Shown piece by piece: positions 1 to 11,934 of a stretch of 59,731 bases of DNA. Where the stretch lies: the NCBI RefSeq assembly GCF_001194135.2, contig NC_068984.1, positions 49,933,016-49,992,746 of the forward strand. Reading direction: 5' to 3'. Made by a program: the position numbers and the translations under genes. The notes under the pieces were generated by a model. It was not told the DNA's origin and ran no database searches. It saw nothing but the letters and a program-made list of their open reading frames with translations. How positions within the stretch are numbered: position 1 is the first letter of the stretch; the number at the start of each line of letters is the position of its first letter. This stretch comes from Octopus bimaculoides. Lineage: Eukaryota.

Positions 1-600
1 CCATCGAACTAAGTTCGCCGGTGAGGGTAGAACGTCGAAGGTAGACTTGATCAGGAAGGCTGTTCTTGCTTGTTCCCAAGCCCAAAGTTCCTTCCATGAG
101 ATTCTGCGACTGACCACGTTTTCCTCCCATCTCAGGCACTGCCCCTGTTGACTGCATTGCACCAAATGTACATTCCGCCTTTCTTCTCCCTCCTTTCTTA
201 CTTCGTGTACCACTGCCTATTTCATCTCTTTTACACTGCTCTTGCAAAATGGCTTGAAACTGCTCGTCCCTAGGCCGGCTCTTGCTTCTTGCGTTGCTCC
301 AACTATATCGGCATGTTTTAGTATTCCGATCGCCCTGTTTACTGCCTCTTCCGCATTCCATTTCCTCCCTGTTCGTACCTTTGGAGGGTTTTCTCGGATG
401 CTCTGATCTTTTGAATACCTTAGCATCATTACTGTCCTCGCCTTTCCTGCTTTATATTCCTCGGTGATCGATGCTATTGGAAGTTGCAGCACGGGTTTTC
501 CATATAGTGCAGTTGTATTGAGTGGTTTCGGCAGACCAAGCCTGGTCGATAGTTAACCTGACTTTGAGTTGAAGGATCGGCAATTCGTATACTTCCTCCA
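1..600 (-). mobile_element. HERO-clade (R2-group, restriction-like endonuclease) non-LTR retrotransposon fragment, post-RT region; continues off the window start
   Basis: Minus strand reads LGLPKPLNTTALYGKPVLQLPIASITEEYKAGKARTVMMLRYSKD...VRTGRKWNAEEAV...HADIVGATQEARAGLG. After a frameshift it reads SQQGQCLRWEENVVSRRISWKELWAWEQARTAFLIKSTFDVLPSPANLVRW. Both match my recollection of HERO ORF motifs (LQLP, VRTGRKW, GRAGLG, QQG.W..WE, DVLPSP.NL..W). Confidence 0.8.
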
Positions 601-995
601 GATTATGTCTTGTTTATAAACAAAAGGATTACTTGTGAACAGCCTACTCAAAGTTTAACACTATTATAATTTTGCAAATCATTGCCGAGTGTTTCATAAC
701 TATGTATTTTCTAAGTTCAAAATTTTCTACGTTAACTCCATCCCTCGCCAGCGAGTATGACCTGATTACATGTACCATTGATTTTGACAGAAGGGGTCGA
801 TGGGGTTTCTGGGCGGCACTTTCACGAGGTAGACATTTTTGAGTCTGCTCTATAAACCTGTATGTTATCCTCTTCTATAGGTTTGGGGTCCGGACTGGGA
901 GTGGCAATGCACTCAAGGCCTGTGACGAGCTTCATACACTCTAGTTAGAGTGTTGTGCTTTCGCTAATTGTTTTAGGAACCTGAGCAGTGGCGAG

Positions 996-1320
996 GATAG
1001 ATAGATAGATAGATAGATAGGTTTCTTTATTAGCCACACAGGGCNNNNNNNNNNNNNNNNNNNNNNNNNNNNNNNNNNNNNNNNNNNNNNNNNNNNNNNN
1101 NNNNNNNNNNNNNNNNNNNNNNNNNNNNNNNNNNNNNNNNNNNNTGTATATGGGTAAGATATGCGTGTGTATGTATGTGTATGTATGTATGTATGTTTGT
1201 GCATGTGTGTGTGTGTATGTATATGTGCATGTGTGTGTATGTGTGTGTGAGTGTCTGTGTGTGTGTGTGTGTGCGTGTGCGTTTGAGCCGTGCATGTATG
1301 TGTGTGTTTCATTCTGTATG
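996..1320. repeat. (GATA)n and TG/TATG microsatellites flanking an N gap
   Basis: Seen directly. Confidence 0.95.
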
Positions 1321-1477
1321 TATCGGCTATTTTCGTGTTTGAACAGTTCTAGGCTTTCAAAACCATAATCTATTTATCACAGACCCATCGAACTGAAATT
1401 CCTATAGTCGTCGGATTGACGAGCAAAGTTTCAAAATTAATTGCTATGATGACAAAATGGAACTCACTCAATACATA

Positions 1478-1759
1478 TTGTTGTTGGCACTCCGTCGGTT
1501 ACGACATCGAGTGTTCCAGTTGATCTGATCAATGGAACAGCCTGCTCGTGAAATTAACGTTCAAGTGGCTGAGCACTCCACTGACACGTGTACCATTAAC
1601 GTAGTTCTCGGGGATATTCAGCGTGACACAGTGTGACAATGCTGGCCCTTTGAATTACAGACACAACAGAAACAGGAAGTAAGAGTGAGAGAAAGTTGTG
1701 GTGGAAGAGTACAGCAGGGTTCGCCACCATCCCCTGCCGGAGCCTTGTGGAGCTTTAGC
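1478..1759 (-). mobile_element. SINE family A (tRNA head, (AAC)n tail); head lost in the N gap
   Basis: Reverse complement of the copies at 45357 and 46293 (gaaattaacgt.caagtggctgagcactcca...gaaacaggaagtaagagtgagagaaag). Confidence 0.92.
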
Positions 1760-2130
1760 NNNNNNNNNNNNNNNNNNNNNNNNNNNNNNNNNNNNNNNNN
1801 NNNNNNNNNNNNNNNNNNNNNNNNNNNNNNNNNNNNNNNNNNNNNNNNNNNNNNNNNNNNNNNNNNNNNNNNNNNNNNNNNNNNNNNNNNNNNNNNNNNN
1901 NNNNNNNNNNNNNNNNNNNNNNNNNNNNNCAATACATATATGAGGGCACGAAACCGTTGAATATATCTCTGAAATCTTCATTCTTGTATTGAAACACAGG
2001 TCTTTGATCAACACTCACAGAAATACATTAAGAATTCTTACGCTTTTCTATATAACCAAGTCATAACCGATACCTATTTTTTTTAGTTCTTTTTTGTTGT
2101 TCAGCGTGTATATGTATATGTATGCATGAA

Positions 2131-2180
<50 letters not shown>

Positions 2181-2539
2181 CGTTGGATTATGTCGAACTA
2201 ATGAGAGAGGCGTGTTCTCGATGCATGTTTTAGCGGAATGTTTATCTTACGATACGAAACCGTTAACTGAAAACGTCAGCTTTTTCACATTGATTTTGCC
2301 TCAGAATTCTTCATAAGGGTACCATCATCCGTCGAATATTAAGTCACTATTATACTAATAGAATGAGAGAGTAGTTCAAATGATCGAACTATTGAATCGG
2401 GCCTAGTCGACATCGACGGAGGAACCATTGGGATGTAAGTGTTAAATAATTATAAAATGAAACAAAAGTAGAAATGATAAAGCGATTTTCTTTTACTGGT
2501 TGCAGGCATTGAACTTTGGACCTCTGGGACACCACTTTC

Positions 2540-2670
2540 ACGTGTATATTCGATTATATCGGCTCCCAATATTAGAGATATAATTATCTTACCAACCGCA
2601 GACAGATGAAAAGTGAATTCGACCTGGGCGGGATCTGAACTTCGAACTTAAGGACATGTAATCAAATATT
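2540..2670 (-). mobile_element. Highly diverged SINE family C remnant
   Basis: Residual motifs tcgattatatcggctccca and gatgaaaagtgaattcgacctgggcgggatctgaac resemble the family C core. Confidence 0.4.
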
Positions 2671-3198
2671 ACAAATTATTTTGTCGTATGGTGTTCTGTT
2701 TCTGTCATTGACCTCCATTCTGTAGTCAGTATAGCAATGTATCCTTTATTATACCCAAAATCGATATATTTATAAACATTCGATATGTTAAAGAAAGAAA
2801 ATGATAGTTGATTGCTTTGAATTATTATAAATGTTAGCTCTCCGTCTGTATGTATCTGTGTATGTGTGTATAAGTGTGTGCGTGTGTGTGTGAGTGTGCG
2901 CATGTGTGTATGTGTGTGTGTGTGGTTGTATGTGTGTGTGTGTGTGTGTGTGTGTTTGTGTATGTAAATAAGTCGTAAAGGCACAATCATTGGAACCTTG
3001 GATAAAATTGACTTGCGGTATTGTGACATCAGTGCTCTGAGCTCAAATCTATCTCCGCTTGGCAGAATGAGAGAGTGTGTTCTAAGTTCAAATCCTGCTT
3101 CAACTAATAGGAGAAAAAAAAATCCAAAGGGTTTTCGGGCCCAGCAAAAAACTGGCGATACTTTTGGGAAATCCTCACACATGTGCACATGTCTTTCT

Positions 3199-3430
3199 TA
3201 TTTCTTTACTGCCCACAAGGGGCTAAGCATAGAGGGGACAAACAAGGACAGACAAAGGGATTAAGTCGATTACATCGACCCCAGTGCGTAACTGGTACTT
3301 AATTTATCGACTCCGAAAGGATGAAAGGCAAAGTCGACCTCGGCGGAATTCGAACTCAGAACGTAACGGCAGACGAAATACCGCTAAGCATTTCGCCTGG
3401 CGTGCTAACGTTTCTGCCAGCCCACCGCCG
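3199..3430 (-). mobile_element. SINE family C, full length, with 20-bp TSD
   Basis: Core (plus strand) ccgaaaggatgaaaggcaaagtcgacctcggcggaattcgaactcagaac. TSD acatgtgcacatgtctttct 3179-3198 / acatttgtacatgtctttct 3431-3450 (2 mismatches). The central domain looks MetaSINE-like (tentative). Confidence 0.92.
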
Positions 3431-4167
3431 ACATTTGTACATGTCTTTCTGCTTTCCACGTCAGCACACGAGAATGCAAGGGGAAGTTCATATCCTGTAC
3501 ACTCATAGAATAAAGATATATGCGTAGAGTATTCTTACATCNNNNNNNNNNNNNNNNNNNNNNNNNNNNNNNNNNNNNNNNNNNNNNNNNNNNNNNNNNN
3601 NNNNNNNNNNNNNNNNNNNNNNNNNNNNNNNNNNNNNNNNNNNNNNNNNNNNNNNNNNNNNNNNNNNNNNNNNNNNNNNNNNNNNNNNNNNNNNNNNNNN
3701 NNNNNNNNNNNNNNNNNNNNNNNNNNNNNNNNNNNNNNNNNNNNNNNNNNNNNNNNNNNNNNNNNNNNNNNNNNNNNNNNNNNNNNNNNNNNNNNNNNNN
3801 NNNNNNNNNNNNNNNNNNNNNNNNNNNNNNNNNNNNNNNNNNNNNNNNNNNNNNNNNNNNNNNNNNNNNNNNNNNNNNNNNNNNNNNNNNNNNNNNNNNN
3901 NNNNNNNNNNNNNNNNNNNNNNNNNNNNNNNNNNNNNNNNNNNNNNNNNNNNNNNNNNNNNNNNNNNNNNNNNNNNNNNNNNNNNNNNNNNNNNNNNNNN
4001 NNNNNNNNNNCATTATCATCCTGATTGTGTTTCCCTCCAGAAACAGTTCCGCAACGATAAAATGGATTTGATCAGAGTAAATGCTTAAATAGTCATGACT
4101 ATTAATTCTTCCATGAAGGGAAGCCATTGGGCCGGCAGATTTCCAAGATATAGCACCCTAGATCATT

Positions 4168-4239
4168 ACGTTATTTAAGTCCCTTTTGATACTCCAGCAG
4201 TAGTCACTGCTGGAGTATCAAAAGGGACTTAAATAACGT
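4168..4239. other. Perfect 34-bp-arm hairpin with a 4-nt loop
   Basis: 4168-4201 is the exact reverse complement of 4206-4239; loop agtc. Confidence 0.97.
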
Positions 4240-4736
4240 TGAACATGACAGACAATCAAGAAAGAGAAAATGTTTACCATAGTTCTTATGTTTGCGAAGG
4301 TTTTATTTCTGCTGTTAGTTTATCTAATGATTTGATGAAAATACTTGTTGGTCTTGGTATATTCAATCGTGTTGTATTTAAAGACTTAGGGTCTGGTTGT
4401 TAATGTAAAAATAGTATTTCTCAATGAGCAGACCAATATTTGTTGGTTTAAACACGAATTGAGAGGTTTCTACGATTTTATTTTGAGAAACATTGCCATC
4501 GATCAATATCAGATATACAGAAAACGAATGAGGCATTTCTCTGTACAGCAAAAACGGCAGCTAAGCAAGAAAAACTAACGTCATTTTCAGATTCAGCGTC
4601 CTCAAATTAGCTAAGAAAAAAAAGATGTTTGGTGTCCCGACACCATTTAAAAAAAAGAATTTTTGATGACCACTGTAATTAGCTCATAGTTAATCTATGA
4701 TGCCGCAGAACTTCATGAAAAATAATTAAATTAATA

Positions 4737-4945
4737 TATTCTTTTATTCTTTTACTTGTTTCAGTCATTTTACTGCGGCCATACTGGAGCACCACCTTTA
4801 GTCGAACAAATCAACCCGAGGACTTATTCTTTGTAAGTCTAGTACTTATTCTATCCGTCTCTTTTGCCGAACCGTTAAGTTTCGGGGACAGAAACACATC
4901 AACATCAGTTGTCAAGCGATGGCAGGGGGACAAACACACACGCGC
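4737..4945 (-). mobile_element. SINE family B, 3' half only
   Basis: cttttattcttttacttgtttcagtcattttactgcggccatactggagcaccacc...gttgtcaagcgatggcagggggacaaacac matches the tails of the full B copies. Confidence 0.88.
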
Positions 4946-6549
4946 GCGTGTGATCTAAATAAGCCCAATGCTTCTTCCTTAGTCATGCTTTCTAAGAGCA
5001 AGTTGTTAGTACTTTCTAAGTTTTCCATACTGATTTTTCGTGTGCGCTATAGACTGAGGAAATCACTAATAGATATATTTGTTGCAGAAATATTTTTAAA
5101 AATTAAATCTTGTCTTTTGACCATGTTATCATCACACAATTCCCAACAGAATTATTTAGCAACCTTCTTCAGCATGATTCCTCAATTCCATTTACTTTGA
5201 AAACACTCAAAATCGTCATTTTCTTAGTCTTTGTTTGTCCACTCAAACTACACGAACTCTAAGTGCTTTACTATGTCTTTTAACGCAATCGTCTTCAGTA
5301 TGCCTTTGTCATCCTGGTAGCTAATAAATGAATAAATGCTTTTACTTCTCTCATTAAATATTGCATACAAAATAGCCGTCAACCTCTTTAATCTCTTTTG
5401 TATTTCATTTACTAATATTTGCACCTAACTATTCATTCTGAAACTCGTTTTTTTTACTGATCAGTCAAACATCTGTTCAATCTTTTTATCTGCTATATTA
5501 TTATATTAGGTTAGTTTTGGTTCTTCTAAATTCTTTTATAATTTCTTATTTATAGTTTCTCAAATGGCATATTGCTATATATTTCGACTATTAATTTTGA
5601 GCCCTCGATTAACACGCTCTATCGTTAGTTTTTATCATTTTCAATTCTGTTTGGTTTAATGCTGTCCAAAAAAACTTACATTTATCTCCCGAAACAAGTG
5701 CTTTGTCTGAAATCTCCCTAATCGCATCTTACCACGACATACGAAGTTGTATATAATTTACCAACTTTATTAAATTAGTTTTAATGGTACACACCACACT
5801 TAGTTTCCATGTGACAAATTTTTTATCTTTTGCCATTTCTTTGCCAGAGGATTTTGATTCTTCTGTTAAAGAAGTGGACGAATATATTTTTGTTTTTCTT
5901 TTCACGCCATTCTGGATTGATATAATCAATCTTGAGAAACTGGTAAAGCTCCCGTGTCATACAATTATACATGATAAAATGTACGTGCATTTCTTCATTT
6001 GTGTGTTATGTATGCATATGTGTATAATAGAATGCATAAGTACGTGTGGTGTGAGAATGCATGAACTTGTTTACTAAGCAACAGGGCGATATGTTAGTCG
6101 CTGAAAGATTCTTTTTTATTCGTTCTAGCAATATTTTTTCTTTGAGAAAAAAATTCAGATGTTACTACAACCGGTGACTTGTTTTCATACACATACACAC
6201 ACTCATATATGTATATATGTATGGATAAAGTTAGGTGTATATGTTGCCACTTGTATAACATGCAATAATTATCATTCTTGCTTTATTCAAATTTTATGGT
6301 GTTAATACAATTTATTCAGATTTCATGCTACTAATACAAAGTAATGAAAGTAATAAAAGTATTTTAAAAAACCAAAATAAATTCAAACGAAGTTTCAATA
6401 AATATGCGTTATCAATAACATGGATAGTGTTTAGCTATCAATCAACTACGAATGTAATATTACTTGATATTATCAACAGTAACGAATGTACGTATCCAAC
6501 GTTACTCCTCGTCCCATGTGAGGTAACACTGTAGCTAGTATACCGTAAT

Positions 6550-7114
6550 CAAGGGAGATAAATCCTGCAAGATCAGAATTTTCTGACATCAGAGAACGGA
6601 CAAATAGAGACATTGAGAAACTATGCCAATTATGAAACTACTTGGATCTGAATTTGCATGCTCTACATAGACACCTTGAAAAATGAAATGAAACTAAAAT
6701 ACTCACAAATAATTCCTACCAGATACACGGATGACATACTCTTTTATTCAAATAAGAAAATATCGATAAAGAAATAAAATTGTCTGTAAATAACTATAAT
6801 CTTCAGATTAATATCGATAAGAATTCAAGTGTCTCTTCGATAACACGTATTATGAAATCAATATCTGCTAATAAATTCATCAATAAATATCTATAGGCGT
6901 CTTGATATACTCAATATCTACATAAGTGTGAAATATCAATTATACAATCCTTAGTAAGAAGAATTTGCAAAAAGTAATTAATGATATAACAGAGACGGTG
7001 ACGATAGAGAAGCAGTAGGTATTCAATAACAGATATACCCATAATGAAGTAGTTCAAATCATAGAACAATACAGCAATAGATTATACATTGTAAATACGT
7101 ACAGAGAAGAGTAT
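6550..7114 (+). mobile_element. Decayed Penelope-like RT remnant, cut by the Tc1 insertion
   Basis: IPTRYTDDILFY (YxDD box) near 6715-6750; thumb-like NRYTHNEVVQIIE near 7026-7066; many stops. Confidence 0.55.
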
Positions 7115-7116
7115 TA

Positions 7117-7670
7117 TAGCCTTGGCCAAAAGTATTAGGCCACCCCAATGTTTTGGGGTTCTGCTGTCTCAATGTTAATGAAACTCGTACACATAGTAGA
7201 TTATGGTATATTTCACAATATACATTAGTTTTAATATCTGGTTGACCCCCACTTTAGCGTCAATTACCGCTTTCATATTGTACTGCACATATTCAACCAA
7301 TTATGAGTAAGACCAACGTCCAAAATTAACTTATGTTTCCTTGATTATTTCAGAGTTTTATGCTAAAATACGTTGTAGATACAGCTAATAAACAGTAAAA
7401 TGCCTAAAACAAGGTAGTTGTGTGGGTGTGAGCGAGGACGAATCGTAGCTCATCATGAAGATGGAATGTCTCAAAAGCAAATTTCTCAGAAAATGAAATT
7501 TTCTCAATGAGCAGTGCAAACGACTCTCAGGCGCTTCAGAGAGACAAAAGATGTGAAGACAATACAAAGAGCAGGTAGAAAAAAGGTTACATCACCTCGT
7601 GATGACAGATCTATCATACATCAGTCGCTCAGAAACAGGAGAAAAACATCGTCGGAGCTCTGTGCGGACT
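7117..7670 (+). mobile_element. Tc1-family DNA transposon, left TIR and 5' half only
   Basis: TA at 7115-7116, then tagccttggccaaaagtattaggcc (Tc1-type TIR start), followed by the transposase N-terminus. No DDE domain or right TIR found. Confidence 0.88.
7400..7670 (+). pseudogene. Tc1 transposase N-terminal HTH region with two in-frame stops, truncated
   Basis: MPKTR*LCGCERGRIVAHHEDGMSQKQISQKMKFSQ*AVQTTLRRFRETKDVKTIQRAGRKKVTSPRDDRSIIHQSLRNRRKTSSELCAD; has a GRPR-like GRKK linker. Confidence 0.88.
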
Positions 7671-9161
7671 TCAACGTCACTACACCCCGGCGCACAGATC
7701 TGGGGATAAACCCATTGTGTTGCCAGTTCGCCTAAACGTCAGCCAGTAGATGCCCGAACAAGTCTGGCATACATTTATTCAGCTCGTACAGAAGACCATC
7801 AAATCCCGGTGACTTAACCGCTTTACAGTCGGCCAAAGCCTCCATCACCTCCACACGCGTAACTGGGCATTCGCAAGACTCCTCATCCGACCCCGAGAGA
7901 CACAGCAGCCCAGTAAGAAAGTCCTCGAGAGCTCTCCCACCACCAGGACCGCTGTCACCCCCGAACAGTTAGGCGAAGTACTCCCGAAAGGCCTCACACA
8001 TTTTCTCGTTTACCAAGACGCCATTTTCATTCGTCAAAGACCGAATAGTGTAACTATTTCCTTGCCGAGCTTCCACCATTCGGGCCCATCCAGCGGCCTT
8101 GATTCCTTCACTTCCCATCGCACGTAACTTAGCTCTGGCAATACTTCCCATGTGTTGGGCTTCAAGATGCTAGTTTAACTCCAGTCTTTTCACCCTCGCT
8201 TGGTCCGCATTACCAGTCCGCCAGGCTTCTTCTAGTTCCTTAACTCGACCATCTCCTATTCTTAGCTAAACTTATGCTAAACCTAATAGACTCATATTTG
8301 ATGGCTCTTTTTAGGGCGCACCACCATTTGTTATTAATGATGGTACCTGTTAATGCCCTCTGTATTAACATCTCGATCCGCTTTCTTTACTCCTCAATGG
8401 TCAAAAGGGACTATTGAGTTTCCAGTAGCCAGATCCCTATCTATGCAACTTATCTACCGCCAGTTTACAGGTAACCATCTTGTGGCCACTGTAGCTGACT
8501 AGAAAATGCTGTGGACACTTAGCTATGGACTTATCTGTTTCTCTAATTAAAATTCTATCTAGATATGGTCTGGAAGACGTATCATTATTTGGCCACGTCC
8601 ACTGTGGAGTGTTCGGGTGTTCCAACCTATATGGATCTTCTAGCTAAAAGTGACTAAGCAGGTCCCGTAAGCCTGAGTTACATTTTCTGTTCATGTTCGA
8701 GCCAACACAACCTCTGTGTGCCTCACATATTGTGTTAAAGTCTCCTAACAATACTAGCGAATGCGACGTGGCCAAGAACTTGCTCAGGTCACGAAAATAT
8801 TCACTTTGCGGGCCCATAATATTGGGTGCATAAATAGCAGCTTGCCTGATAATCTTGCCACAAGTGAATGTCAGGTTGAGAACGACCAGCCACCCTTCTG
8901 GATCAGAAAAAAACCAACTTCTTCTCGGTTACCCGGTTTCTTTTTAGTAGGACCAACACCCCAGCCCCACCTCCCGCCCGAATCGGAGAAACGTATTTCA
9001 TAGTCGTTCAGGAAGGGGAGCAGATCTCTTGGCCCCTTCACCCGGGTTTCCGTTGCAACAATTACATCCAATTTTCTTGACCTGATGTCATTTAGGAAGC
9101 GTCCTTGCTTCCAGCCAGACATCAGGCCACGAACATTTACACAACCAATGTGAATAGACAT
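7671..9161 (-). pseudogene. LINE ORF2: APE endonuclease, linker and start of RT (disrupted)
   Basis: MSIHIGCVNVRGL...DVIVATETR; AAIYAPN; LLGDFN; HPNTPQWTW...YLDRIL...SYSGHKMV; EAFREYFA; KSPGFDGLLYE...RGVVTL. Confidence 0.9.
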
Positions 9162-9171
9162 GACTTACCTT

Positions 9172-10172
9172 TCAATCAGGGCTGTCCGGTGTAGAGGGAC
9201 CCTCCACCTTTTCTTGATGCAGGGTCGGAGGTGGCAGGTCTTGGAAAACAGATTGGTTAAAATCCAGTCTCATTACTGACACAGACTTTGTATAAGTATT
9301 TAATAAAATATTATGAGTCTTCTTTTCCATTTCATATAGTTCGTAATTTTTGTATTCGTCCGACAGTTCTGCTATCCTGGTTGCTGATTTTTAAAATTTT
9401 ATTTCTCTCATTAAATCTTCATTTTTACTATGTAGTGCCACAATTCCTCTGTCCGCTACTTCGTTCCTTGTTGTTTTTGGTTGGACTCTTTTTGCTGTCA
9501 TTTTTGGTCGTGGTTCTATTTGATTTGGTTGGTTTACATTTTCCATTTTTGTTTTGCTAGTAACTTTCATTTCTGTTTCTTTTTCTTTTTCTTCCTCCTC
9601 ATCTTCAGATTCCTCCTCGCCTTCCTTACAGTATTTTTTTTATATGGCTTAGCTGACCACACGGAAAACATCGGGGTTTACACCCCTCGACAAAAACGTT
9701 GAGGAACTCCTCCCCAACTTCTATTTTTTCTGGAACCTGTTTCAATACAGCTTGTTCTGTTTGAATAATGAAGTGGACCGTGTGGCCTGTCCAATTTGCT
9801 TTTTCAGAGACGGTATCCTGAAGTAGTTTTATCTCATCTACTCTTTCTGACAGGACTGCCGCCATCAACCACATAGGGTCGACTTGGGAGTGGGACCTTT
9901 GGTATTCGTATTTTGGCTGTCCTCATACCCATATATATTGGTATTAAAATTACGTCTTCTGTTTCCAAGGATTTCACGGAGTGCAATTGTGCAGTTTCGA
10001 TATTTTTTAGGTGTACTTCGATGGTACCGAACTTTTTCCCTCTGGCTAGATATGGGATATCCTGCCAGATGGGCTTTAAACATTTCTCTACCTTCTCCTC
10101 GCTTACTCGCTCGACTTTCCTTTCTTTTTGGCAGTATGTCTTGAATATAATAGTTTTTTTCTTCTCTGACAA
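9172..10172 (-). pseudogene. LINE ORF1 (frameshifted) with CCHC-like knuckle and K/E-rich C-terminus
   Basis: ORFs 9834-10172 and 9626-9874 join by a frameshift; GCKPRCFPCGQLSHIKK knuckle; probable stop TGA at 9172-9174. Confidence 0.75.
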
Positions 10173-10604
10173 TAAAAAACTCTTCTGGGGGTTGAACCTT
10201 GAATTGTAATCATTTCCTTGTACATCAACAAATCACTTTTATTTGTCGACAGTTGGCGAGTTAACTATGCTTCTGCAACGAGTTAACGTAACCCATTATA
10301 TTGTACAACACAAAAGAAAACTTTGTGGAAAAGCATTAGTAGATGACAACTAATATGTATGAACTTTCGAAAAGATCAGAAGATTTGGGACGCCGTGTTA
10401 ATAATCAAAGATGATGCAAACGTAATGCAAATATAATGCCGAAGTAATACAGGGCACATATAATAAATAACTAGCATCACGAAAGAATTGAGAGACTACG
10501 TGGTTACTTGACCATCTTGAAATACTAGATAAATTTCCTTTGTATTATCCCCGAGCAATAAAGAAATGGATGAGGAAAATCGTTAGAATATCGAAAAAAA
10601 TACC

Positions 10605-10790
10605 TTGCAGTATTTGTTCCAGCGTTTTAGATTTTGATTTCAAGTCCTGCTGAGATCAATATTGCATTTTGTCCCTCTGGGATCGACAATATATAATACC
10701 AATCAAATAGTGACACCTACACTATTGGCTAACATTTACTCCCGAAAATTGAAACCCTGTTCCTGTGCTGGAAGTAAGTATTCCAATTAT
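10605..10790 (+). mobile_element. Diverged SINE family C remnant
   Basis: gatttcaagtcctgctgagatcaatattgcattttgtccctctgggatcgacaat resembles the family C core. Confidence 0.45.
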
Positions 10791-11507
10791 TCCATAGCAG
10801 CTTAAGAATAGGGAGACACATCAGTTGATATTAACATAAATGCACAATATCTGGAAAATTAAATGGCCACGGCAGGAGACCGTTTGTTCGTAAATTTCTT
10901 CAATCAGGCTTGACCTGAGTTTGAACAACAGCTGTTAACATTATTCTCGAAGATCAAATCAATTTTCTGACAGCAAGTTCTGGTTATAGCTAATAAAAAC
11001 ACGCAAAATCTATGTTTCAATGAATTTTGCCTTAAATAAAACAGTAATATCACCAGTCGCAAAAAGTGTTCCATACAGAATTTGGAATCAGAAAGGGTTG
11101 CATAGGACCGCGTAAATTAAATGTTTCCAATAAATCTAATAAAGACTAGCACAGAAGTATGAGAAATCCCGAATAAAAGAAAACTTTAGAAAAACTGACG
11201 CTGTTTTGCAATCATACAATTCTTTCTCTATCACTCTTCCTCTTCTCCTCTCTCTCATTTCCATCTCGCCTTCTTTTACTTCTTGGTCTCTGTGTGTATG
11301 AGGTGTATGTGTGTGTGTGTATGTATGTATGTTGGTATGTATACATACAAATATATAAATATTTATATTTGTCCAAAATCAAGCAGAGAGAGTAGGCCAA
11401 AGAGTAGTATGAGTGAAGGAAGAGGAGAGAAAATAGTAATTTAGTGAAGGAGAGTAGTGAGAGTAATAGCCCTGACTCTGAGGGAGTGAGAGAAAGTAAT
11501 AGCAATG

Positions 11508-11540
<33 letters not shown>

Positions 11541-11650
11541 TATNNNNNNNNNNNNNNNNNNNNNNNNNNNNNNNNNNNNNNNNNNNNNNNNNNNNNNNNN
11601 NNNNNNNNNNNNNNNNNNNNNNNNNNNNNNNNNNNNCATATATGCATATA

Positions 11651-11860
11651 TTTGAGTGTTTGTGTCTGTGTTTGTTGCCCCCACCGTCGCCTGACAACCG
11701 GTGTATTTACGTCCCTGTAACATAGCGGTTCAGCAAAAGAAACCGATCGAATAAGTACAAGGCTTGCAAAGAAAAAAATCCTGGGTCGCTTTCTTCGACT
11801 AAAAGGTGGTCCAACATGGCCATAGTCAAAATGACTGAAACAAGTAAATGAATAAAGGAA
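11651..11860 (+). mobile_element. SINE family B 3' half (head probably in the gap)
   Basis: gtgtctgtgtttgttgcccccaccgtcgcctgacaaccgg...atgactgaaacaagtaaatgaataaag. Confidence 0.85.
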
Positions 11861-11877
11861 TATATATATGTGTGTGT

Positions 11878-11909
<32 letters not shown>

Positions 11910-11934
11910 TTGTGTTTGTGTGTATTTGTCTGTA

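Larger units (their letters stand above)
7671..10290 (-). mobile_element. L1/Tx1-clade LINE with 5' part retained (ORF1 plus endonuclease), truncated at the start of RT
   Basis: Two-ORF layout: ORF1 with a zinc knuckle, ORF2 with APE motifs and KSPGFDG. The 5' boundary is approximate. Confidence 0.9.
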
